This document shows, one piece after another, positions 37,168 to 50,800 of a stretch of 64,000 nt of DNA. The stretch spans positions 1,798,001 to 1,862,000 of the forward strand of contig CM068769.1 in NCBI GenBank assembly GCA_035084275.1, in the 5' to 3' direction. This stretch comes from Hydrolagus colliei. Lineage: Eukaryota. The notes under the pieces are model-generated. The model searched no databases, had not been told where the DNA came from, and saw only the letters and a program-made list of their open reading frames with translations. How positions within the stretch are numbered: the stretch's first letter is position 1; each line of letters begins with the position of its first letter. The translations under genes were made by a program, and so were the position numbers.

Positions 37168-39536
37168 GATATGCTTGTACTGCAGACATTCGTGTCAATG
37201 CCTATCTGCCTTGATTTGGGAACCATTTAAATTGATAGATTAAGAGAATCTAAACAAATCTCTGATGTTTCTGTGCAATCCACCTCAATATGGAATTTTT
37301 CATCTAATGGAACGGAATGTGCTCTTTCTCTCGCTGGAAGTATGCATCCAAACCATCCGAATACAGACGTTAATAAGTAAATTGACAAGACTGTGATGTT
37401 TAAATGTAGAATAAAACCATTTGAATAAGCAAGTTTCTGTTGGCAGAAGTTTCTGTTGGCATTCTGCCAAGGTGCTTCAGCCTGGATTGCCCAAACCAGG
37501 ATCACCCACTTTGGGGGTAGAACACGTGGCTCTTATTGGATTTATTTGGCAACAAAATAAGAGTTATGGAATTCTACAACACCGCAGCAGACAATTAAAA
37601 AAGGAGACATGTGTTCGAATGCAGGGACGTCAGGGAGAACCATTGGGCAAGTTTCTTTGCTCCACACGCATAATAATAATCCGTCCAAAAAAAACACAAT
37701 GATAAAAAAATGGTAATTTCAAAACACGACTGCTTGTGGCACACCGCTGTTCGCAATTGGCTGTCGCTATTCGCCCACAAATATACAGTCAATCAACTTG
37801 ATAGTATATTCTGGAAGCAGATTGGGACGTCGATATGATGTGAAAAGCGCTATATCAAATGCGTGGATTAATATTAATAATTAGACTTCTTGTGCCTGTT
37901 TCAGTGCCCTGGATGAGTTGTTAATTATTTCTCACGATTTCATCAGGTTTCATCAGAATCCACAACTGACGTGGTCAAGTAGCAAATATTTTTCTATACT
38001 TTCGATTATACTTTAATCTATACTCTATATTGTTCTTGTGGTGGAGCGTGCGGAAGTGGAGAGGAGGGGCAGTGTCAATAATGTGGAGGGAGGGCTGTGG
38101 GCTGATAGGCGAGGGAGCGGCATGAACAGGGTGTACACGCAGGACATTGTTGGAATTGACATTTTGACTCACACGTTCTCACTCCGAAAATTTTTACCAT
38201 GCTGGTTCAGCCACAATGGAATCCGCCAATGTTGGACATTGATTAGAGTTCGTGAACTTTCCACGAAAAATGAACTGACACAAATTCTATGCAGCAAAAT
38301 GTAATTAACATAATTGCACGCTCATACATAATACATTACATCATATCAGTGTAATGCTTACGGCAGGTTAGTAAAGTTTATGGCAATGGGTTTGAGCGTG
38401 TTAGCATATTAGCTTTACAGCAGGAATCGATAAGGTAATGTTCCCGTCAACCGATTGTGATTTAACAACACAGCCCAATATATCAACTGCTAACAGAGCA
38501 ACAACTGTGATGAGCACATTCTTAGTTCTGATCAATGCAATTCTGAGGCAAACATATGGTCATTTATCCTGAACCCTGCGTCTAAAGTTATACCAATTAC
38601 ACTGCAACAAACATTATGCTTAAATGTGGAATTCGGATTATTCGGAAAAAGCTAACACGGATAATTAATGTGCAGATTCTCTTGTGATAATCAACATTCG
38701 CCTTGTCAACAAAACAATTTCTAACCAAGATTGTCATTCCAAAAGTCAGTTAACTATCATAAGCATTTCTGTCTGAGCGAACATTATATTTTAAGCGAGG
38801 CGTGTCCAATCGTTTGGCTGCTCCCAGTCCGTTTCCGTATTTGGGAAATGTCACATGAGCCAAAATATTTGTGTTCCCCTTCCAGAAAATAATAGTTACA
38901 CAAATCCTTTTCACGTTGGAAGGATTACTTAAAATGCTCGTAAATGCCTGCTGGGCAACAAGGCTGGGAGTTGGAGCTCTAGGGTGTGGGGTGGGGAGGG
39001 ATTAAGATGACTGAAAGCGGATTCAAGCAGTTATACTTGATGAATGGTCATGGACGTAAAACATTTGCGAATCAACGGCATTGCACATTTGTTGGTCAGA
39101 TCGGATGGGGGGATGGGGAGAAGAATAGAATGGATCATGGCATAAAACAAGATTTTTTGTAGATCCAGGAGACCGGTCTCAACACGCACTCTATCTCATT
39201 GCTTCTCCATCATTCTGCGTCGCTCCTGCACGATATTACTCAGAATCTCTCTCCCTCTTTCTCTCTCTTTCGCACATCCTACACAGTCCCATTTTCTCAC
39301 AGAGTGCCTACATCTTTGTTATTTTTCTCTCACTCAGTCTCTGTCTCTCGCCCACAGTCTCTATCTCTCCGTCTCTCTTTCACCCTACCTCACTTAGTCT
39401 CAGTCATTCTCAGCTCATCTTTGTCAGAGAAACAATTGGTGGAATCTGCTAATTGTGGTGAAACTGAAGCTGGTATTGATGGCATGTGTCCAAGGGAGAT
39501 AGAGAAAGTAGAATGAGCACATTGTGGCCAGTGGAC

Positions 39537-39647
39537 TCACGGGTACACACTGACTGCGGCGTACACTGTACCATCGTCATGAACGATTTTGCAGCGATTC
39601 TCAATCCGGTTTCCTAACGTCAGACTGGCGTAGTTGAGATCAGAGTC
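39537..39647 (-). CDS. Terminal cytoplasmic exon of copy A with ITIM (LNYASL) and ITSM (TVYAAV)
   Basis: TTTGTGCAG acceptor, then DSDLNYASLTLGNRIENRCKIVHDDGTVYAAVSVYP*. Confidence 0.88.
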   Translation of the reverse strand, partial: DSDLNYASLTLGNRIENRCKIVHDDGTVYAAVSVYP

Positions 39648-41134
39648 CTGCACAAAGGACGACAGTCAGCCCATTTGCTTAGGGTTTCAGAGGGAAATCC
39701 CAAAGCCCACCCTCACCCATGTTGGGATGCCCAGCCAGCATGTGTGTGAGCGATTTGTGCGTGTTTGTGTATATGGGCAAGTAGGCTTGAACCTCCACCA
39801 TTTGAAATACCATATCTCTGTCGCTTTGTCTTGCCTCCTACAATTACATTACGAAGAACCACCTCTACGACCATTCCATCGTCCACCGTGTTACTATGAA
39901 GCGCTCTTAAACGCCGTCCGACGTGGAGGGCGTTATATCAATCGAAGTTGTTGATACCCCTATTCTTCCTGCATTCTGTGTCTATCCACACAGCAAGGGT
40001 CACACACGTACACGCGCAGACATTTGAGGTCGTGCGAACTGCTGGCAGTGCCGTGAAATGTTCATCAGATGCTGCTCGAATTTGGGAACCCAACGCAGCA
40101 GCCAAATTATGCACAGCAACGTCACACAAACACATTCCGTCTCCCCCCAAAACTCTCTACTGCCTGTGGCAATAGCCCTGCTGGCTGAGTTTGACTGAGC
40201 TAGGGTCTGAGCTGAGCTGTGCCAGCCTTACACAAGGCACATGCTTGGCTCGCGCAATATTTAGTTGATGGTGACATAGGACGTGAATTCTGCTGAGCGA
40301 GGAGCCGACTGAGGATTACAGTATGGCTGAGCTGAGCTGCAACTAAGCTCATACTGGGCCTGAGCTAACGTAAAACAATGATTCTGTCTCTACTCACTAC
40401 TGGAGGCACCAAGCGTGGAACGATTCTCACTGAAGCATCTGATACAAAAGTAAACAGTGTATAGTACTAGCATATGACAGTTAAACTCAACGTTAATCAA
40501 TATCATTGTTAATCTTATAATTAAGTACATTCTGTGATTATCGATGAAAATGACAATAATAATAATTTGATAAATAATAGTATACTTGCAATTTTGGCAC
40601 TGAATTTAACTGACTTGTCATTTCGTCGAGACATCCCAAAGAGTTTCATAGGGTTCGCCGTTTAATGCAGTTATTGTTCGTATTTTGAGTGACTCAAATC
40701 ATATAGTTTGGGCACAACAGTGAGCCGCAGAATGGCAAGATGAATGACATATTTTATTCATTTAGTGGACAGCTATAAAAATTATATTGCCTTTGTGAGC
40801 AGTGACTCCATATGTCTAATGTGAAACTAAAGAGCCAGACGGACATTCGTTTTCGCATCTCACCTGAAGGGCAGAAAACTTGAAGTGGATTAAATTCATT
40901 CAGACGGTCAGACACACATGATCAGATACACAGTTAGACACATGGTCAGAGACACAATCAGACATGCAAACAGACAAACACACTTGTAGACATTCATTCA
41001 AACACTGACACACATATTCAAACGGATAGCCGAAGATCTTCAGGGAGAGGCAGCACCAGAGAAAGGGTAAGAGAACAATGGCCTCTAGCCTGACAGAAGA
41101 TCATGAACAATCGTTCGCGTCCTGTGGGACTAAG

Positions 41135-41425
41135 TTACATGGCTAACTAGGCGCCTGGCTGTATCCTTTTCCTTTGTGAAGACAGAGGCGAAGTACTCAT
41201 TCAGTAGATCAGCCATGCCCTCTGCCTCCACAATGACATTTCCTCCTAGGTCCCTAATTGGCACCACCCTATCCTTGACCAACCTTTTACTCTTAATATG
41301 TTGGTAAAAAACCTTAGGGTTACCCTTAATCTTACTCGCTAATTGTTTTTCATGCAGTCCCTTTGCCCCTCTAACTTCCTTTTTTAGTTCATCAACATGA
41401 TGACAGGAGTAGACCATCTTGTCTT
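41135..41425 (-). mobile_element. CR1 ORF2 internal fragment in an intron of receptor copy A
   Basis: KQLASKIKGNPKVFYQHIK...MADLLNEYFASVFTKE. Confidence 0.85.
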
Positions 41426-42964
41426 ATAATGTGTTCCCCTAATTTGATAATTAGATCATTAAATGTGTGCGGGGTGATGAGTGAGGTTGGGGACGGGGGC
41501 GGTAGAGAGGTTGGGGGGGTTTGCGGGAAGCTGTGTGGTAGGTCCAAGCTAGGTGTGTGCCTCGTGTGAAAACCCATTACGGTGGTGATGTGCTCGAGTC
41601 ACACTTGCTACAATTGGCAAATTCCTTCGTTTGTTATGATTATACAACAACAAATTAACAAATTACACTGATAAAGGATACAGTATCTCTGCCACCCTAT
41701 GCACATTAGCATAAGGCACGGGGTGAGAAGGGGCAGTGTGTGGTTTCTCCAAATTGTGCATAGGCATAACTGCTTGGGTCTCACCAGCCGACACCTCATA
41801 GCTTTAAGGCAGAAACTCTGTCTGGCAAAATTTATAGCGATTTATAGCGATTATGAATTAAGACAATTCCACCGTTGAGGGCTTTGTCTTGCAGAAATAA
41901 CTGAACGTGAGTGAACGGAATCCTTCTCCCAGTGTCTCCTTTGTCATCCTACACTTGTTGAATAGTGACAGTGCGAAAACCAGCACGATGAGTTGAGTTC
42001 TGCGACGTAAATGGGAGAAGAGTTGCGAAGTACAGAGAAGGGGCGAGCAAAAATATATGTAAGATGGATAGAGAGCAGAGTTTAGAGTAGAAGTATTCTT
42101 ACCTTTCTCCACTTGGACAGTTCTTTTTAGCTGCAAGAACGAAATGTAATAAAAATGAAACATTGGTCAGTACTTACGTATATTCTTGTGGTTTTATTAA
42201 TAGCTATTTGCCATTTCAGCCAGCGTCAAACACTGAAATGGTGATTATGTATCTTGGGAATGAAGTACATCAACTAATTAGCTTACTAAAGTGTCCCAGA
42301 AATTACTATTAATGAAATGATCAACAAAATGGATGGAATTGTTAGCCAGGACAACTGGGAGAGAGAAATTCCCGTCTCTTTTCGAATCGAGAAAAAGCAT
42401 GTTTACCTTCAACATGAACCGTTAGACGGGACCTCGGTTTGTAAGTCTCACCAATGCTATCGACCGAAGGATTGAACATTCAAGCAACACTGTCATACCA
42501 TAGCAGCTTCAACACATTGACTATCACAAAAAATGCTGTCAATTCAAGCCAACAGCCTACAATCCTCGACAGTGTCATGCAAGCTAAGCATAGTATAATA
42601 CTGCCCATTGACTATTATGTTACTGTAAACACAGAAATACTTGTTTGATGCTGCCGATTGTCTCCCGGTAATAGATATTAAAAATCAACAACTGGTTTTA
42701 AATCGGGAGACAGGTTCCGGTTTAAACCAGAATATCCATAATCAAACTCTGCTACCCTGATTTGCTCTGAGAGGATAGCCTGCAAGGGGAGCTTTCTATA
42801 TTATTGCAAGTGGTTGACATATTTGGTGTATCTCTGTTCTCATGCTCGCAATAGCACACATTGAAACACCAGAGCAACCACACAAAGTGTTTAATGGCAC
42901 CGCTGGCTCCAACATGTTTCCGAGCAATTCTTTTCTACATTCACAAACATTAGTAGACGCTTAC

Positions 42965-43063
42965 CTCTCCTATACACACAGATGGCAGGGAAAATTACAG
43001 CGATCACTATCACAGTGACAATTCCCGCAGCAAGTACTGCAATGTGTATCCATGTCCACTTTC
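42965..43063 (-). CDS. Transmembrane exon, receptor copy A
   Basis: CTCTCTAG acceptor, 99 nt KWTWIHIAVLAAGIVTVIVIAVIFPAICVYRRG, GTAAGC donor. Confidence 0.88.
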
Positions 43064-43515
43064 CTAGAGAGGGAACGGGTAAAACAGCAATTGTAAGAGC
43101 TAACAAAAACGGAAATTCATGATTTTGCTATGGTTCAATAATAGCTCTTGTGCAACAGCTCGATCTGGGGTCAGCACACCTTGTCTCACGAAGAAAAAGT
43201 ACATCTTAACTTAGTGAGGATTAGTTTAGAAATGGAACCACTCCTACTGTTGAAAGCAGCGAGAATTGATACACGATCCTGTCGTGTTGCTATCGTTCGT
43301 GAGTTTCGATTTGGAAATGGTTTTAGTTTCCAAATGGGATGTTTTTACCGTCCTTAGGGATAGGGCTAGGTTTAGGGGTTAGCTTTTGGGATCAAACAGG
43401 ACAAACACCATGCGATTACATAAAAATGCAATGGATTCTGTGGTTTTTACGGGAGCTCTCCTAAATTTCTAAAACAGAAATAGGTTATTGTGTGAGATTT
43501 TTACTCAATGCTTAC

Positions 43516-43800
43516 TGGATGCACTGATTCGCAATCGCTCGCTCTCCGGTGATGTGAATTCTCGTCCGCCTATGTTTGTAGTATATTGACACCAGTAATT
43601 TCCTTTTCGGATTCCTGATAGGTTGAATGTAACCGGCTTGTTGTTCTCTGCAGCCACCTGTGATGTGACAAAATCGCCGTCTCTGTATAACGAGAAATTG
43701 CTGCCAGAATAATTCCCAGCACACGAGATCTCAGTGTTTTCTGCTCACATTAGCACCTGGTAATCTGTCTTCATGGAAATGTTTGTCTTCTGAAGTGGAT
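43516..43800 (-). pseudogene. Ig C2-type domain exon resembling LILR/LAIR/OSCAR/IGSF1-type domains
   Basis: 285-nt phase 1-1 exon (TTCCAG...GTAAGC): PLQKTNISMKTDYQVLM*AENTEISCAGNYSGSNFSLYRDGDFVTSQVAAENNKPVTFNLSGIRKGNYWCQYTTNIGGREFTSPESERLRISAS. It shows the C...F-x-L-Y...F-x-L...G-x-Y-x-C-x-Y...S-P-x-S pattern. Stop at 43745-43747. Confidence 0.85.
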
Positions 43801-45479
43801 CTGGAATTAATACACATTATACATAATCTCACAAACGGTCGCCGTGATCGGTGGTGGTGTTGCAGTCAAAATCAGCACCGACATTCAGCCCAGCACCAGC
43901 CTGTGAAACTGTTTATGTCTGAGGGTTAGGTAGAGGCAAACATGTGCACTTTTCTCAATACCAGGAATTAGCAGCTAGCCATAGTGTTCTCCTTCAGACT
44001 GGGTGTCTATCTGGCTCAACGTCACATACTCCCACTCTGATTCAGAGAGTTCTTTGTTGAAAATGCAATGTAAGTTCAATATTAATGTTTTCAGCCAACA
44101 ATACAGGCTGACGCTGCAGTACCGCGCTGGGAGAAAGCAGGATAATAGACTTTGGGGGAGATTTAAAATGGAAATTCTGGCCACATCCTGCCCAGGTAGA
44201 TACTAAACATCCCGCAGCTGTCTTTGAAACAGAATAGTATTTCGACTAGCTGCCGTGATCAACAGTGCTTCAGACAAAATGGGAAATTTGGACTGGCAGT
44301 TCCAGGCGAATGATTTCAAGGCACCTTTGTCAGCTTTATAGCTCTCCACAGAATCTGCCCCACTCGTCGTTTGTAACCTCCAATAACCCCGCATCTCCGC
44401 CTCCCTCCCCTCCTCCTCTCCACCCTCCCTCCGCACAACTGTCTTCACTCAGACATGCTTCACCTCGCGCCATCGTCACTGCAGCACTAAAGCTCCCGCC
44501 CTTCCGACACCATTATAGCCAATCCGACATCTAGCCACTTAGCCTCTTTAGAAGTCCAACAGTGAGACCCTCTGACTACATAAATTAAAGCAACAAACAT
44601 AATCACACGAAACCTCGCTCTGATCTGTGCAGATTGCTTCTGCCTCAGGTTTACTATGAGATAGATTTGTGGACTGTTTTTAAACCTCGGCCAGTGTAAG
44701 CTGTGGTCAGGATCAGCTCGGGGGTGAGAGTGAGCTTGGGGACAGTGTGATTTGCCGACCTGTGTGAGCTGGAAGCCGGTGTAAGCTGGTGTACAATATG
44801 AGCTGGTGGCATTGTGTCGCTGAGGAGATTCCCTGTTGGGGATGAATGTGTACTGCAGATAAGTGACAGTTCGGTGTTGGGGTCACCTACCCACCAGGCA
44901 CTGGCTCAGAGTCAGACACTGCCCTTGTTAAGCTCTCTTAGATGCTACACGACGTGGAAGGCGCTATTTAATTCTAAGTTGTCGCTGTTGCTCATCTGCC
45001 CAAGCGTTGTCCTGAGCTTCTTCAGCAGCGCTCAGCCACTGTCTCGCACACAGTCCTCCACTTCAGTTCATCTCATTCCACCTGCGTTGAAACCGGTCCA
45101 ATTGTCTCCTTTTCTTCCCACGTTACTCATTCCCTCTCCCTCAGCCCATCCATCCCTCGGTGCTCAGCCTCCCCATATGTAATATGCCACCAACTTGTGC
45201 TCAGCCTTTCCCCCATTACTCAGCAGCTCCTGCTGTGATCAACGATGGCATGGTGGTCTAACTCACCACTGTATAGGTACTAAACCTTGCTAACCCACCC
45301 TAGCGTGCTCAGCTCCTTCCTGTGTGCTCATCAGCTTGTGTTCTTCCCAACCTGCGTCCTCAGTTCTCCGCCTGTGCTCAGGCCACTTGTTCTGAACCCC
45401 TGTCGCAACGATCAACCTTCACTCTATTCTCAATCCCTTCCTCTGTGATCACCTCCGCCTCATCCATATAGTAACTCTG

Positions 45480-45955
45480 TATACGACAACAACAACTTCG
45501 ATGTACATAGTGCAATCACGTCGGCCGGCGTCTCAGAGCGCTTCAGATTAGCGGATCCCGGGAACGAGCCATGGGCACGGGCTGAAAGGTGACGAAAAGC
45601 TCGCTGGAAGAGGAAGGTCTTCAGCTGGGAACTGAAACTGGGAAGAGAGGGGGAGAAGCGAAGGGAGTGAGGAATGGAGTTCCAGAGCCTCGGGGTGTAG
45701 TGACTGAAGCTAGTGCCGCCGCGGGTTTTGCGGAGAATTCGGGGAACATGGAGGAGGCCAGACCCAGACGACCGCAGAAAGCGGATGCTGGGTTTGGGTG
45801 AGAAGAGATCAGAGAGATAGGCGAGTGAAGGGATTTGAAAACAAGGCTGAGGATCTTGAAGTCGATCCTCTCTCGGATAGGGAGGCAGTGAAGTCTTGCA
45901 AGGACTGAGGTAATGGGGCAGCGAAGCTTGAGGGTTGCAGTGCACTCACCCGCCC
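45480..45955 (-). mobile_element. L2 LINE 3' fragment between the SRCR and Ig exons
   Basis: PITSVLARLHCLPIRERIDFKILSLVFKSLH; L2 tail near 45490-45545. Confidence 0.85.
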
Positions 45956-46111
45956 TTGTGCTCCCGTCTGTGATCAAACCCCTGAAGTCATAACTCTCTG
46001 TGTTCAAATGTACTCACTGTCCTTTTTGCGACCCATCCAGTGCTCACCACCCTCCTTCCCTCCACCCCACACATAGTGAACTTGAAGATGATCAGACGCA
46101 GAGTTACTTAT

Positions 46112-46401
46112 CTAAGCAGATGACGGCGGCATTATTGTCGTGTGACGGGAAAATATTGAATCCAGGAATCTGAGGGACATTCCTCTGCACTGAACATCAA
46201 ACGTCACAAAGAGACCTAATACTTTCCCAAAGCGAGCATCTCCTGGTGTTGACATTGCCACTCCACAGCCCAGCTCCTTGCACACCACAGCCGCGTCCTT
46301 TATATCCCAGCCAGAGTCAAACACTGTCGCCCACCGTCCATCGTAGCGAACCTCTGCTCTCCTAGCACACATGCTGCCTCCATTCGCAAGTGTCATTCTC
46401 C
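46112..46401 (-). pseudogene. SRCR (group B-like) domain exon, degenerate
   Basis: RMTLANGGSMCARRAEVRYDGRWATVFDSGWDIKDAAVVCKELGCGVAMSTPGDARFGK...VQCRG, shift, CPSDSW...HDNNAAVICL. Acceptor CTACAG, donor mutated to ATAAGT. Confidence 0.92.
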
Positions 46402-47559
46402 CTGTAGCATATCAAACAAGATGTTTATAGTCTGTCTCTTCTTTGACTTCACGTCAACCAGTATACAATAAACTGCACCTGTGCCTGACTCATTGGGAGG
46501 GTGTCTGCGGCATAAACTGTACAACAAGGATAATAATGACTATAATGGTAGCAGTGAATGATTGCAATATACAGTCCACATCCTGGGTACCCCAATGACA
46601 GACGCAGTTTATTCCTTGGTGAGCTGCACACGTTTCACTTACGTTTGCAACCAAATAATATACTATGGAATAAAGATTTCAGTGTCATTATACTTTATGT
46701 TATTAGATTTTGTATTGCAATACATTGCAATATAATACGATACTGTACGTTTCTTCATATTTTATATTCGATTATCAAGCTTCGTAAGTGATTGTTATAT
46801 TTTATATTAATGTATTTGACATATGATAATAAATTATAGTTCCTTATTATAAATTATATTATATTAAGTACTTGTACTTGATATTCTTATACGTTATATT
46901 ATATTTAAGGGAAAAACAAATATAAAATTGGTCACGTCAATCCATGACTGTTTGTGTCAGACCGACTGATGTGCGACATTGGCTATAACTCTTTTCCCGA
47001 AAATAAAGCAGGCAGTAAAATGTATAGCATACTGGTACAGCTCTTCAAGATATCTAGAAGAAACGAAAGCACAAAATCAAATTGATGCATTAATATTTTA
47101 TTACGTTTTAAGAAATTATAATATATATTTGACGTGATTATAATTCATAATAAATGTTATAATATTTATTGAACTACTATGTTTTAAATTCGATTATTAG
47201 TACGATAGGAGATCCCACATGAATATACACCTATGCTGTTTTAAATTACTGCACAACATATTCATAAAATATATCGCTCTAGAACGGTATGTGATATTTT
47301 AAATAAATTAGGTTACAGAATAGAATATTTTGCAGATAAATATTGTTACTTGAAATATAGCTGATGAAACATAAGAGAACCTAGAAGCCAAATGTGACCT
47401 TCGCATGTGTCCTAGCAAGACTTTTCCGTTATGGTATACATTATACTTTCAAGTCAGATATTCGGTTATTGGCAAATACACAGAAACACACAGACAATGT
47501 CATTTTAATAGCGTAATTAACAGCTCTAGTATGTTTCATGGCAAGTTACATAGTAGTGT

Positions 47560-47800
47560 GTCAGACCTTCCGCACTGAGTTGAGAAAAAATGTCTTCACT
47601 CAGATTTCAGAGAATGTATGGAATTCTTTACCACAAACGGCCGTTGATGCTCAGTCCTTGAACACACTCAAGACTGAGATAGATGGATATCTCATTGATA
47701 AATGGAATAAGTGGTGGGGATCAGGTGGAGTTAGACTGCAAGATTAACCATGATTGAATGATGGGGCAGGTTAGAAGGACCGAATGGCCTACTACTACGT
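47560..47800 (+). mobile_element. CR1 3'-end fragment
   Basis: TFRTELRKNVFTQ...VWNSLPQTAVDA. Confidence 0.78.
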
Positions 47801-50800
47801 CTTACGTGCATATGTTCTTATATACATAAACACAGAGAGATAGGTGTTGAACAGTGAAAATTGATAGAGGTCACAGCGTCACAGCTCCGCGAATTGAGAG
47901 CTAATCTTTCCTGGGGGCAGCTCTCTGGAACCCAGTCAATATCGTACATTTTCTACCTAGCTCCCATTTTCAACCCATCAAACAACTTCTTTAAACCTAG
48001 ACATACAGCAGCCACAGCTACAAGAAGAAAATCAAATTGCATTTGTCGAGTCAATGTGACGCAGAGAGCCAAAGCTGCCTATATGGTGGGAAAGAGATAG
48101 AGTATTCCAGAGATTTGAAATATAGAACCTGATAGGTCAGCCATCAATGGGAGAATAAAAGGCCACGAGCGACAAGCCAATAAGCTTTAATAGCGTGGCC
48201 TGTACATTATGTGATGATTTGTTTCCCCACTCTCTAGATGTAGGTAATTAAACGCCAAGACTCACCCGTAGGAGCTAATGTTCCAACAACAGCTTCTGGC
48301 TGTGAAATCATGTCATGACCCGCAGATTCCACCATTACTCTCTCCAGAAATATCCCAGTACAAGGAAAACAAAACAATGTATAAAGCTAGAAACATTAAT
48401 ACAGCAATTCAAACTATCGGGGAGATGACCTGCCATTTTCTCTCGCGCAAGTGTCGGAGATTATATGTTTGGTGCCAGCTCTGAATCGGAATGTCCTCTA
48501 TCATCTTCTCTGTCCTCTGCTTTCTCCTCCCTCCTTTCTAGTATCTCTTCTCTTTTCTCTATTCTCTCCCCTTTTCCTCTCCTGTTCTAATCTCTCTCTC
48601 TCTCTCTATGTGCATTTCCCTCTCCTCTGTCTCCTCTTTTGCCTCCCTCTATGCTGTCTCCAATCTGATATCTAATCGCTAGCAATCTCCGCTCTATTTG
48701 CTCTTCTCTGCTATCTACTCTCCCCCTCGCTCATCTGTCTCCGTCGTTTACTCCCCAAGCAACTTACCCTTCATTCTTTCCAGGATAGTAAGCCAAAATT
48801 ACTTTACATAGTATATTTCACAACAACAGGACGCCCAGCGGTGGACAGCGGGAGATTTGCAGCAGAGCTGGTGGTTGAATTCAGTACAGGTGTTAAGCAG
48901 AGAAAGTACGGCTAATAGGGTGGCAGAAGGCACAGTTGAAAAGAACCTCTTGAGATGTCTCCCGATGGAGTCAAGCGAGTTCAGCGACTGTGGGATGGAG
49001 TTCCAGATGGTGGGCGCAGAGAAACTGACGGCCATCCCGCCTATGATGGGGCGGTCTACGTGCAGATAGAGACAGCCAGAGTGGACTACAGCAGCGATCT
49101 GAGGGTGAACGACAGTTGACGGTCAAACATGATGCTGTGGGATGAAGTCATTGTTTGGGTTATTAACAATACTCATAGAACAGGAGAAGCATCTTGAGAA
49201 TGGATACGGAGCTGTACAGTATCATAGCTTGGAAGTGCGTGTCTGGGTCTTGGTGATGGGGGCAGGTATTTTCCGCAGACTTGGATATAAACAACACGGT
49301 GGAGATGTTCGTGACAACTCTTGTGGCGATCGCTGAATTCCGTGATCCACAAACGCGAACTTCCCTGTAACACGTCTGTGCACTCACATCAGGAAAGCAT
49401 CTCAGCTGATGATGTCTGTTAGTGTAACAACAACTCAAATATCTGCAACCCCGCCCACTATAATCTGCCAGTTAATATTAACCGTTCAAGCTCTGTGTCC
49501 ACAGGGGAGAACAAGTGTTGCTTCAGCGCATTGGACTTCAGCAGTGACCCACAAGTCCAAATAGGATATGAAGAACTTTGAAATTATGTACCGAAGATTT
49601 AATCGGATGATACCAGGGTTGAGTGACTGCAGTTATGTGCAGACACGAGAAACATGAGATTGGTCATATTAGGTTAGTGAATTTACGGGAACGTTTAGTG
49701 GATTTAGTCATAAAAAATTTCAGCCCATTGAAGAAGTAGCTAGATAGATTCTTTGTTCCACTGTTATTACCCGAATGACACAGGTCAATGGCAAAAGCAG
49801 CGGAGTGGACACAGGAGAAGCAGATTGTGTTTACCTATCAAGTTATTCACGTAGAAAACACACTCTCTGAAAGTGTGGTGGAAACAGCTTCTATAAAAAC
49901 ATCCAAAGGGGAATTGGGAAGGTACTTGAAAATGGAAAGGGATGCGACTTCTAGCGCAGATGAACGTAATTCAAGAGGATAAATTGGCAAGGCTATGCAT
50001 CAACACAAACCACAGAGCTCCTTTCACGTCGGGAGGACGTCCCAATTTAGGTCGGCATCCGAGAAGGGAGGAGAGGGGTGGAAGGGGTGCGGTGGCGGTG
50101 TGGGGGCGGGTTATGGCTAAGGCAAGTAGGAAAGTGGGGATATTTAGGAGGGGAACGGAATGTACCCTCGAAGAGGAATGTTTTGAGATCGGCCGTGAAG
50201 CAGAAAAGGGAGGAAGTGGGGTAAAGGGATTGCGGTATGAATGTGTGGGCAGAGAGGCTGAGACCCCAACCGTCGATGGTAGGTCAGATGGGGCGGGCGA
50301 CGTGGAGCAATTAGTGCCCGCTGAAAGGAGGGGACGTAAAGGCTGATAAGAACGCAGCAGGTCGGAGAGATAAGGGGGCCAACGTCGTGAATGGCCTTGA
50401 TAGTTAACTAGGTAAATAGGCGAAAGTTAGGACTGGTTCTGTCTCCATTTCAATGTGCTGAAAGACCTAAATCTTGGAGCATGCATGATACAATGTTTTC
50501 ATAATGCATACAATGTTGCCAACCTGTGGGATCCTGGCAATTTCACGCAGATCATCACAAGGAGCAGCTCACAAAACATGCAATCAACTCACTTTATGGT
50601 GGAATCTGTGAAGCTTTTTCTTATATCTTGAAGATCTCATGCCTTATCAGAGCCACAAATTGCAACCCGAAGCATGGCTCTGACGTTCTTCCTAGCTCGC
50701 ACCCTAACCCTAAATGGAAACCCTGACGAACAAATCAAACCTTGACCCACAAAAATCAACCTGGACCGCATTTAGACACTAATACTGAGCATCGTCATTT

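Larger units (their letters stand above)
39537..46401 (-). pseudogene. Receptor copy A: SRCR - Ig(C2, LILR/LRC-type) - TM - ITIM/ITSM inhibitory receptor pseudogene
   Basis: Exons with AG/GT boundaries: SRCR 46112-46401, Ig 43516-43800, TM 42965-43063, micro-exon 42103-42130, 41-nt exon 40398-40438, terminal 39537-39647. Lesions: TGA in the Ig exon, a deletion/frameshift and GT>AT donor in the SRCR exon. One phase 2-to-1 cytoplasmic exon was not found intact. Leader not identified. Confidence 0.8.

Noticed and set aside
40805-40865. Candidate for the missing phase 2-to-1 exon of copy A
   Set aside because: Only weak similarity to copy B 61648-61688 (CATTCGT, GACATA) and no intact GT donor, so it is left unresolved.
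48268-48320. Small minus exon candidate ending ACGG/GTGAGT as the leader of receptor copy A
   Set aside because: The ATG frame (MISQPEAVVGTLAPTG) is not hydrophobic enough for a signal peptide, and the alternative frame has a stop.
49160-49450. Exon-like stretch with a TTGCAG acceptor, possibly another receptor domain
   Set aside because: No convincing Ig or SRCR cysteine pattern in any frame by eye.
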